From Enoplolaimus lenunculus (taxonomy: Eukaryota), in assembly GCA_030248215.1 (NCBI GenBank), contig JASANG010001881.1:558001-602303 (forward strand): a stretch of 44,303 nucleotides of DNA. Reading direction: 5' to 3'. Shown here in pieces: positions 11,501-21,100 of this stretch (position 1 is its first letter; each line of letters opens with the position of its first letter). The notes under the pieces are model-generated. The model was not told where the DNA came from and searched no databases. It saw nothing but the letters and a program-made list of their open reading frames with translations. The position numbers and the translations under genes are program-made.

Positions 11501-13454
11501 AAAAGTTGAAAAAGAACACGTCAAAAAAGATGCAGTGAAAAGACCATCTGGATACAAGTATCGAACCAAAAGAGACGACTTACCCGAAGACTACTGGGAA
11601 AATCCTGAGAAGTACACAAAACTAAAAGAATCAAAAGTTGAGAAAGAACACGTCAAAAAAGATGCAGTGAAAAGACCATCTGGATACAAGTATCGAACCA
11701 AAAGAGACGACTTACCCGAAGACTACTGGGAAAATCCTGAGAAGTACACAAAACGAAACGAATCAAAAGTTGAAAAAGAACACGTCAAAAGGGATGCAAT
11801 GAAAAGACCATCTGGATACAAGTATCGAACCAAAAGAGACGACTTACCCGAAGACTACTGGGAAAATCCTGAGAAGTACATAAAACGAAAAGAATCAAAA
11901 GTTGAAAAAGAACACGTCAAAAAGGATGCAATGAAAAGACCATCTGGATACAAGTATCGAACCAAAAGAGACGACTTACCCGAAGACTACTGGGAAAATC
12001 CTGAGAAGTACACAAAACGAAAAGAATCAAAAGTTGAAAAAGAACATGTCAAAAAAGATGCAATGAAAAGACCATCTGGATACAAGTATAGAACCAAAAG
12101 AGACGACTTACCCGAAGACTACTGGGAAAATCCTGAGAAGTACACAAAACAGAAAAAACCAAAAGATGAAAAAGAACACGTCAAAAAAGATGCAGTGAAA
12201 AGGACTTCAGGATACAAGTATCGAACCAAAAGAGATGATCTTCCAGTAGACTATTGGGATAATCTTGAGAAATATACTAAACAAACCGAACCTGCAACCG
12301 TAACTGAACATATCAAAAAGGATTCCGAAAAAAGGCCATCCGGGTATAAGTATCGAACTAAAAGAAATGACTTGCCGGAAGAGTACTTGAAAGACCAAGA
12401 AAAATATGCTAAAAATAAAGAATCAGTAACAGAAAGTGAACATGATGAGAAAGATTCTGAAAAGAGAAGATTTGAGAGCAAGTCTCGAACAAAAAAAGAG
12501 GATGCGTCGAATGTTCACTTAAAAACTCCAGAAAAACATGCAAAAAGTAAAGAATTTGTACAGAAAGAAGAAAACTTGAAACAGATTATAAGCGAAAGAT
12601 CAGCTAAGTCTAAAAAGACAGGCACTACAAAGGTCGATAAAATCTCTAAGCCTGGAGCATTTGAAGATCAAACGTTATCAGATAAGCCACTGAAACCGAA
12701 ACATGAACAGCAGCAGATAATTTTGAAAAGTCAAAAAACAAGTTCAAAAATTAAAGATGAAACAGATGCCAAAGTAAAGAAATCTGAATCAAAAGAAAAA
12801 ACAATAGAAATCGAAAAGAATGAACAAGTAATACAAGAATCCGTCGTTCAAACAGAACCAGTTACAGAAAAGAAGAAAGAGAGCAGCGTGCACCGAGAAG
12901 ATTACGATCGAAAACAAGATGAAGCAGCGAAAGAATTGAACACGGAATCAAAGTACCCAAAACAACAATCGAGTAGAGATGTTGACGAAAAGTGGCAGCC
13001 TCCGACAAACAGGGAACAGACGTCAGACGAGCAAATCAACAAACCAGATCCCACTACACACGAAACAAAACATCGGCATCCAAAAGATGTGTCAAGCAAA
13101 CAAAAAACGCATCATAAAACAGAACGCGAGGAACCCGAAACACAGCTACCGCACAAACCAGACGTTGGAGCTGAAGTTGACGTTGTAGCAATTCTCGAAA
13201 AAATCGTTCGACTAACGATGGGCGGCGGCAGAAGAAGAAGTCGAGATGATGACACTCAGTGTAATCCATTCCACAAAAGTTGTCGAACTAAACTTGGACT
13301 GCCTCCCATTAAAACCAAATTGAACGCTACTTCAGGTACCGTGGGCAAAACTGTGGTCAAAAAATGCCGAAGACGGCAAACTGTGTCCGACGCTGCTGGT
13401 GTGGCTGGTGGTGGAAAACAAAAAGGTTCGTCTAAAAACGATGATCACAGATAG
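2560..13454 (+). CDS. SRL: Sarcalumenin-like (EHD/dynamin-superfamily P-loop) secretory-pathway protein with a giant repetitive C-terminal extension; 4 exons, about 2,720 aa if the 1-nt frameshift is repaired
   Basis: Exons 2560-2713 (ATG, hydrophobic signal-like LLVQLLLVFLTLQYGHC, donor GTGAGT), 3803-3982, 4610-4729 (alternative donor 4741) and 5750-13454. All introns are GT-AG, phase 1, and join in frame. Motifs: ILSRLHDVYVNKIQPI..KY, SKPIIMFVGPRGTGKS (G1, 4648-4671), STTTNKFT (G2), ILERFTFVDAPG (G3), ADMIVVVLDP, IVVNKVN (G4), YGTVLWLL, PPKIFMGSF, FFGMHPI..C....C. Their order matches my recollection of the sarcalumenin core. No EH domain follows. The symbol indicates family similarity, not proven orthology. 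Confidence 0.85.
3300..3748 (+). mobile_element. TTAGGC-carrying MITE, subfamily C, with internal minisatellite expansion (intron 1 of the SRL-like gene)
   Basis: TIR GGCTCATGTATAGAACAGGGCCGGA ... TCCGGCCCTGTTCTATACATGGGCC. Exact 8-bp TSD CCAACAAG (3292-3299 and 3749-3756). Confidence 0.9.
3388..3705 (+). repeat. 42-bp minisatellite, (TTAGGC)3-TTAGGAATAGGCTCATCCATACGT, about 7.5 identical copies
   Basis: Read directly. It explains the spurious periodic ORFs 3341-3775, 3375-3677 and 3378-3785. Confidence 0.95.
4304..4449 (-). mobile_element. TTAGGC-carrying MITE, subfamily B (intron 2 of the SRL-like gene)
   Basis: TIR GGCCAATGTTACTTTAAGGGGCGT. The other TIR has an internal deletion of about 10 bp. 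Exact 8-bp TSD AACAAACG. GCCTAA repeats inside. Confidence 0.88.
5006..5378. mobile_element. Tc1/mariner/pogo-type MITE (TA TSD)
   Basis: TA|CTGTAGTAACCTGAATACGAGGGGG ... CCCCCTTCTTATTCAGCTCACTACAG|TA. A second, inverted copy lies at 42650-43058. Confidence 0.75.
5440..5659. mobile_element. Degenerate inverted-repeat element related to 21413-21608
   Basis: TAGCATTTGTAACCATTTGGTGATAGGT ... ACCTATCACTAAATGGGGATAGGTGCTA...TTGAGAATACG. Confidence 0.55.
5750..13454 (+). CDS. Giant terminal exon (about 7.7 kb) of the sarcalumenin-like gene; ORFs 5737-10878 and 10875-13454 are one reading frame split by a single-base deletion
   Basis: Acceptor atattttag|G at 5749/5750. The repeat consensus AATCCTGAGAAG reads AATCCTAGAAG at 10810-10820. 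The spacing between repeat copies 1 and 16 (10372 to 12351) is 1979 = 15x132 - 1. Confidence 0.85.
10345..12560 (+). repeat. Coding tandem repeat, 132 bp / 44 aa (KRPSGYKYRTKRDDLPEDYWENPEKYTKRKESKVEKEHVKKDAV); 16 copies plus a degenerate 17th
   Basis: TATCGAACC recurs at 132-bp spacing from 10372 to 12351. Central copies are nearly identical and terminal copies diverge. Confidence 0.95.
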
Positions 13455-13972
13455 TGAGAATCGAATTACCCATCTGCCAAGTGGGTAGCTGTAGCTGGGT
13501 TTGAGTTCAATTGTCAAAGTAAAATTGGTCAAATTAGGCTGATTCTGGGGGTTTTCAATCTGGATATGTGCCAAGCAGTGGGAACTGTGGATCTTTTAAC
13601 ACTGGCGCAAGTTCAGCAATGTAGTCAATGGGTATTATAATTAGCCAAAAGCACACGCACTTTGATACATGAAAGTGACACATTTTTAAAACCAAAACGG
13701 CAACGTCTGTGAGCTTTTCTATCAACCAACGGCAGTCTGAAGAAACCCAAGCGTCTTTAACTCAACGTAATTCATTTATCGAACGTTGACAACCGCTGTT
13801 GGTTTGATAAAGTTTTAATATTCAAGTTTGCTTTAATTTTGTACGACAGTCCACGTTGACATTTTATTCGTTAAATCATGGTGAATACTATGTTGCTGAT
13901 GATACAAACTTTTTACGAATGAACGAATATGTGTTAATCAATAAACGAATCATGTCTCAATGGATTAATAAA

Positions 13973-14210
13973 TGATGTCACCAATATATAAATGAGTGAC
14001 GTCATTAAAACTACTGAAAACGTCAGATTGACATCAACAGTGAACAAATGAAGTCGCAATACTAAATGACGTGACTAATGAATGATTTAATATGACGTCA
14101 TGAAATAGATTAAGGGACAAATGAATTGATAAACGAATGGACGTGACTGAATGAATGACGTCATTAAACATCCGAATAAATTTCACCGTCAACGATCGAA
14201 TGACGTCATA
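13973..14210. repeat. Cluster of TGACGTCA palindromes (degenerate repeat) downstream of the SRL-like stop codon
   Basis: Perfect TGACGTCA at 13997, 14093, 14156 and 14201. One-mismatch variants at 13973, 14029 and 14067. Confidence 0.7.
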
Positions 14211-15624
14211 AGGAAAGAATCGAACGAAACTAAAGCTGTATTAAATATTCGATACGTAAAGTCAATATTTCGATTCTACGGCAGTGGTGTGTTATGAGCT
14301 ATTGTTACGGTATTTTTTGAAATTTGAAAGAATGAAAGTATAGTAATTTTCTGGCTAAAAGTATAAAATACTTCTAAAGTTATCCATAGTTTTTATTCCT
14401 AAAAAATGCTAATTTTTGAATAATAATTTCAACTGAACACCTCTCAGTATTATAAAGCTTAGTTTTCGCCCAAATTTATCAGAACTAAAATTTTAGCTTA
14501 AATTTTGCAAAATATATTAATGTTATTTTAAGTGGATTGCGGCGAAATCTAAATTTCAGTAGAAAATGAGTCGAAACATTTAACAAAATTTATTGTTAAA
14601 ATTTCGACATTTTTCAAAAAGTTTACAAAGTTTTCCACATTTGATCAAATTTGTTAAAAATACGCATGATATAAAATGCCCAAAATAAACCATTTGTTGT
14701 GATACTTGCAGTGATATGACGTAGTTGGCCGATGTTATTAACGATGAGGGTAAAAGGCGAAATTACTAAAGTACAGAAAACAAACTGCGAGCAGGAAAAA
14801 ATCTAAATTCTTAGTCGTTTAACCCTTAAGCCTAAGCCTAAACCTAAATGTTTCGTCTTTGAATTAACCACGTTTAAGAAAGTGTCCAGCCCCTCATCAC
14901 ATGACATTCAGTTATTTTCTTGCTGGAAATCATTACAAATTTTATGTTCACCACAAGTATTACATTATTAGAGATACTTTCTCAAAAGTTCCACAAGAAG
15001 TAAATCTGGCTTGGTTTAAATTTAGAACCCAAGCCTTAGTTAATTTAGGTGTAATTTCGCGTTTGCCTAATTCTTACTTTAGCAGGAGCCGTTCATAGTT
15101 CTTATTTTATTCCAGCTTCTGTAGTGCATTTTGAGGCGAAATTATATTCATTCGACGGGTAAATATATAACACCAAGAGTGCATGATACAAGATTATGCA
15201 ACAGTTGGGGTTCCGTATGGTACAAAATCAACCGCTGTGCGTTGCGTTTTTGACCGACCCCTCTTGTTTTATTGGGTGGTAGTTGATGTTTAAAATGTTC
15301 AATTTGCATGCTTTTGAAACGTGTAAACAAAGTAAGTGTGCAGTATTGAAATATTTGAACGTGTGAAATTGAAAAACTCGTCAAACTTGACCGCCCTTTT
15401 ATTAAATAAGAAGGAGTACGCAAAAAACGCAACGTTCGCTGGCTAATTTCTTATATATATATATACACAGAATATACCCAGTTGCACACTCTTGTTATAA
15501 AGAGTGATCATCCACTCTTGATATTACAAACGGCAGTAGTTTAACACTAAATACAGTTCAGACTGAAAATTTTTGAGTGTCTTTGGAAGTACCAGAATGT
15601 TTTTATTTAGGTGCATAACGAGCG

Positions 15625-15764
15625 GGCCCATGTATAGAACAGGACCGGAACAGTAGTATAAGCATATTGCTAAGACTAAGCCTAAAAAAATTAGTCTAAA
15701 GCATAAACTGACTCTATTATAGCACCCTCCGGAAAACGATCCGGCCGTCTTCCATACATGGGCC
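15625..15764 (-). mobile_element. TTAGGC-carrying MITE, subfamily C (short)
   Basis: TIR GGCCCATGTATAGAACAGGACCGGA ... TCCGGCCGTCTTCCATACATGGGCC. TSD degenerate (shared GAGCG). Confidence 0.8.
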
Positions 15765-16820
15765 AGGAGCGTGTAAAGATTCCCAGATTTTGTACGCATG
15801 TTACTTTGAAAAATGGATTGTGACCATTTCTGCATCGAAAATGTTTAATGGTTGGGCATTTGAAAATCTGATCCCGTAAGAATGAGAATATTTCGCCTGG
15901 TGCTTGACATTTTGTGAGTTTGCTTTTAAACTTTGTTGTGCGTTCAAAAATGTGATACTCTGTTTTTTGTTTCTATTCTAACTTTGTAGTCAGCGCCGAT
16001 TGTAGTGGCTTTAAAGGTTGGAACTCAGAATTTAAAATGTTTTTGAATTTTATTTTCAAAATAAAAACTGCATTTTTGAATAAATTATTTTATTTTCATT
16101 AAATTATCATTTGAAAACGTATCAGTTCGTCATCAATTGATGATAGGCGCAACACATATTTCAGAATTATGTACCTGTATTTTAAATCATATTTAAATTT
16201 CGCTTTTTCATCACGACATGTAAAATGTTGAAAATAGGTTTAGGCGAACTAAGGCAGCGGCGTATTTTATAATTTTACTAAAAAGTATAGAATGAGTGAC
16301 AAATGTTATGTGATCGACAGCTCAGAGCCACACATATTTGAACTTTTGGATTTTTAAAAGTTGGAAAACTTAAAAATGGATTTATATGTAAGCAACAGAT
16401 GAGATTTTTTGCGAAAAGGTTTCAACCTTTACAATCGGTATTTTTAATGTTTTTCTTTTGTGCCGTTTTGACTGATGTGATTGGGATTAAAATCGTTTAA
16501 TTTAATTTAAAATTTCAGTTTTTTTTCAAAGTACAGGAAAACGAACAACAACGAAAACAGTGGATCTTAGAATTTGGTCAAAGTTGACCAAACCAGATAC
16601 GGGAGATAAGGTTAACGTCTAGCAACACCGTTCGCCAGCCACAAATCAAGGGCGTAAATCAGAATTTTAATATATCACATGAAAATATTTTTGCCCAAAA
16701 TTATTCTGTGAGCGAAAAAAACATTTATTTTGATTTTTTTCAAATTCTTCCAGAACCTCTGGGGTCTTTCCAAAATTTTCCAACAGGATTTTAGCTCTAA
16801 TCAGGCTGTATACGTTTCGT

Positions 16821-16974
16821 TGCCTATGTTACTTTAAGGAGCGTCCAGGTTTCTGCTGGGTCCATAAAAGAGTAGGTTTAGATTCTAGATTAATTTATTG
16901 CTTAGGCTTATGCTTAGGCTTAGGCTAAGGAATCCGTTTAATCTAGTGTTACGGCCCTTAAAGTAACATTGGCC
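16821..16974 (+). mobile_element. TTAGGC-carrying MITE, subfamily B
   Basis: TIR (T)GCCTATGTTACTTTAAGGAGCGT ... ACGGCCCTTAAAGTAACATTGGCC. TSD CGTTTCGT / CCTTTCGT (7 of 8 match). Confidence 0.85.
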
Positions 16975-17309
16975 CCTTTCGTTATCGACCAACTACAAGT
17001 TTTATAGAAAGCAAAATGTTTTAAATTCGTGCAGTCAATATTCGACTCACTACAAGTCTATTAATGAGTTCAATAAACCTAAAAACTTTTCTGTTTACGG
17101 ATAAAATCAAAGGTTGACTATAGAAGATTGAACCTCGACTCGAAAGGAAACACCAGATTACAACTGTTAAACACAGACCATTTGTGTAATGTATAATTCG
17201 CATCCATAAATTATGCCAAGTTGTTTTTAGGTTCTTTACGTTAAAAATGTTAAAAGTTTACCAGAACTTTGCTCCAGAAACGTTCGTTACAGTTAGCAAC
17301 GATGGGCAC

Positions 17310-17401
17310 CAGGGTGCAACCGGACGTCCGGTTCCAGTTCCGGCGTTTTTTCAGCTTCCGGTTCCGGTTCGTGTATAAATTGTAATTCCGGTTGCACCCT
17401 G
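17310..17401. mobile_element. 92-bp hAT-like MITE
   Basis: Perfect 15-bp TIR CAGGGTGCAACCGGA. 8-bp TSD ATGGGCAC / ATGGGTAC. Internal TTCCGG repeats. Confidence 0.8.
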
Positions 17402-17661
17402 ATGGGTACTGTTAAAGACAGGATTAGGACTGGATACTGCAGTCCACAGATTTTGCGACAGTTATCGACCATAGTAAAAAAGGTGTTTGTTTTTTTCGCT
17501 TAAACGTGATAAATTATCCGTTGTCACAGTCTTAATATATAACCAGAGGTCGGCTGGCACCTGGCAAACCTGTTATATGGCAGGTTATCTGGTTAAAATT
17601 ATGGCTGTTATACAAAATGAAACAATGTTTATTATGTAATTAACTTTCAAAATGGTTAGTG

Positions 17662-17914
17662 CACTGTAAATTATAATGATTTGATTAATCAACTCAGAGA
17701 TAGAAATTGTTAATTCTGGTTATTTCTTAGTTAATAACATTAAACAATCACTCTCAGTCGCTGCTGATTTAGACGCGTATAAGTTGATTAATTAACTCAG
17801 AATGAGTTTAGTCAATCCACAATTCGGAGTTCTGAAAGACCTTATTCAGATCTCGGACCTCGGAGTGAATTCAAATCATTCTGAGTACAAACCAACTCAC
17901 TGGAATTTACAATG
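17662..17914 (-). mobile_element. CACTG-ended MITE (CMC/EnSpm-like) with AACTCAG/CTGAGTT sub-repeats, copy 1
   Basis: CACTGTAAATT ... AATTTACAATG, flanked by TG/TG. Inverted relative to the copies at 36999 and 38612. Confidence 0.7.
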
Positions 17915-18107
17915 TGGTAGGCGGGTTTATAACAAAATGTTAACGCCGATTTTGCATGTCAGTTCACTTCGGAGACAAACAATTATAATAGACATCATCC
18001 TATTTGTAACCATTTGCTTATATCGAAACCAAACTAAAATTGGTCTCAGCTAATAATCATTGCAAGCTTAGTCTGGGAAATGCTGCAAAATTCAAAATTT
18101 CTTTCAA

Positions 18108-21100
18108 CTAAAAGTCAAATCCGAACAAACCACTTGACCACAGTTCGACTGCTTCTCGTTTTCGCCGCGATGATTTCACATCTGAAATGAAATTAAATTT
18201 TAAAATTTTCAATCCCATCACAACATCCGCGCTAATTTTTCCGCAATTATTCGTTTTTTAAACTTTGTATTCAATATACTAAGATATTCTGCTCGTTTGC
18301 AAAAGTTACCAGGTGTACGCATGTTATTGAGCAAAACATTTTAGTCGATTATTAAACGTTTATTTTAAAATCTGTAAAAACGTCTTTTTGTCTTCATTTA
18401 TTCCTGAATTTCAAAAATATTTCTGATCTGCCCATTTGACATTTGCAACCTACAACCCATAAGCGCCATAATACCTTGATTAAGCCGATTTCTAATTGAA
18501 ACTAATTAGAAATGAACCTTCAGTGGTTTCGGAACTGAATTCATATTTATGAGTTGGCCTTGATAAAGGCTTAGGCAAAGGCCTCAATTGACGAGGCTTT
18601 CATTAAAACTTTTCATAAACATAGACATAAGCCTGAGTCTGCGCCTGCATTTTTAGTAGCGCAGTGAACAATAACCAGCTGCAACGAATGCTTACCGTCA
18701 TCTGCTTTCATAGCATTTTCATCCATATCTTCACTACTATCGAACATTTTCGACTTGGCATAATCCAGTAACGATAAACAAACGTCAGTGCTTAACATAT
18801 CTTTGCATTCAACATTTTGCATAAACGGAGGTAAACTTAAATTAAACAGCTTCAATTTAAAAGAATGGCTTAAAGTTGCATTAAATAACTTTTTTAAAAT
18901 ATTTCACAATCTGATCGTTCAATATTTATAACAAAAATGTCAGTTGGTGTACCGAAACTCGTAACCTATTTAGCGTCTAAGAGTGTCTTGAGCCCCATTC
19001 ACACGTGCTAGTTTTTTTGCGAGAACTTGCAGCTGCAAATTGCACGCAGAACTGGCATTTTTTCATCAGCCAATGAGAAAGCGGCTGCAATAAATTCATT
19101 GAACTTGCATGGTTATTCACACATGTGTTCTAAATTGCTAACTATGATTTTCCATACCTGCAACTACAAGTTTTTAACGGGATTTTGAACAAAACTCGCA
19201 AGTGCAAGTGGCAGCTGCAAGTTCTCGCAGCAAAAACTTGCACGTGTGAATTGGGCATAAAACGTTTTATTGCAACAAATTCCAAGTTTACTTTTTCGTT
19301 CCGGCGGCGTCTCGAATACACTGGCATGTCTGTGGGAAAAAGTTGGATTCAAACTTTTTCTGTAAATCACCCAAAATCAACGCTTTCGCTTTAATCGCCT
19401 GTTGCAGTCCAGTTTCGTCAGCGCATTCAGCCAGTGCGTCTACGCTACAGCTACAATATGACGAATGCTTTGATGACAACGTTTCAAGCAATTTAGTAAA
19501 ATACACGCCTCGTTTGACTAAACTGAATACAGCCATTCACTAATATTCATTCGCCTCTGTTGGTGCCAATCCAGTATCCGGCACAATTCAGACACCGGGG
19601 CCAATTTTAATGGAACGTTAGAAAACCCAATCTCAAATGGATACAGGACCTATTGTCCCTTTAGGTTTCATTAAATGTGAAAGGAATCACTCGTCTGCTT
19701 CCAAAAATGGCTAAACGGTTGAATGAAACTGTACGCGAAACGTGTGAATTGAAGAATTTCAAAAAGTTTAGTTCAATAAAACCGCAAAATTTGATGACGT
19801 ATTGCTAACAGCTAATCAGTGCTCTAAAAAGTTAGGACTCATGTAAAGATCAGGAACGGAACGTTTTTCTGTGGGACTACAATATAGTAAGCTTAAGCTT
19901 TAGACTAATTTTTTGCTTGGCTTAGGCTTAGGCTTAGGAATACGCTCATTCTTACTCTTAGGCTTAAACTCAGGCTTAGGAATATGCTTATAATACTGTT
20001 CCGTCCCAGCTCATTACATTGGCCAAACAGCAAAATAAATAACACTGACAAATCAGTTGTGTAAAATAGCATCATTCAATTAATTCATACCTAAGAAAGC
20101 ATTCATTTCAAATCTCTGTTCACTGTAAACGAACGCGTAAACAGGGCTCATAAATGGCGTTTTTGAGTCAGTGACTCTTTTGTTGGAATTACTGTAAAAC
20201 GGTTGTTAAATACTTTTTCAGTTTGCAATACGAAAAACACCCATCAAAATCTTGATCAATGAGAGGCGCCCGTTTTTCCGCGTTACTCGAATAGAGCAAG
20301 CTTAAGCTTTATACTAATGTTTGGCTTACGGTTAGGCTTAGACATAGTTTTAGTGTTATACGCTCATTCTTACGCTGAGGTTTAATTTTAGGCGTAGATT
20401 GAAGCATAGATTCTCTTATACTATTGTTACACCCCTCAATGTAAAATTAGCTGAATTTTTTATAGAACCGACTCTATTTTTAAAATCATAAATTACGTTC
20501 TAGCAACCTGTAACCAGTTGATCATAACGGCCACTGTATAGACCAGAGCCGCAACAGTAGTATAAACATATTCTTAAGCCTAAGCCTACGCCTAAGCCAA
20601 AGCGTAAGCCTAAGCGTAAGCCTAAGTGTATGAGTGAGCCTATTCCTAGCGTAATCGTAAGCGTAAGGATGAGCCTACTCCTAAGCCTAAGCCTAAGCGT
20701 AAGCAAACGCAAAAAAGTTAGTCTAAAGCGTAAACCGACTCTATTACAGCCCCGCCGGCAAAACGATCCGGCCCTGTTCAATACATGGGCCGAGTGGAGC
20801 CATCATATTTGCAAATTAGGAAAAAACGTACAATCGAGCTAAACAGCCAACTGGACTGGTTTCAATAGCTTCATGCAAAAGATGCATTAAAATATCAGAC
20901 AGCTGTTTCATGTTTCGTTCTACAGATCTGCCGGATTTGACAAAATGTTTCACTGAAATAAAAATAAAATCGCATCTGGAGCCAAAAAAGACAAAACTTT
21001 TACTCTCCCCGTATTAGAAAAATTTCAATCTGGTGTCTCAGTTCCCTTAAATCTTTGTATATCCCTAAAGGACTAACTCCACTTCAGCATGTACATAGAG

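Noticed and set aside
10875..13454. Independent 859-aa gene
   Set aside because: It starts mid-repeat at a GTG and continues the upstream ORF exactly once one base is restored.
6560..13574. Many short antisense and alternative-frame ORFs over the giant exon
   Set aside because: They are shadow ORFs caused by the biased A-rich codon usage of the real CDS.
19665..19807. Plus-strand exon-like frame VSLNVKGITRLLPKMAKRLNETVRETC
   Set aside because: No compatible partner exons found, and it lies antisense within an intron.
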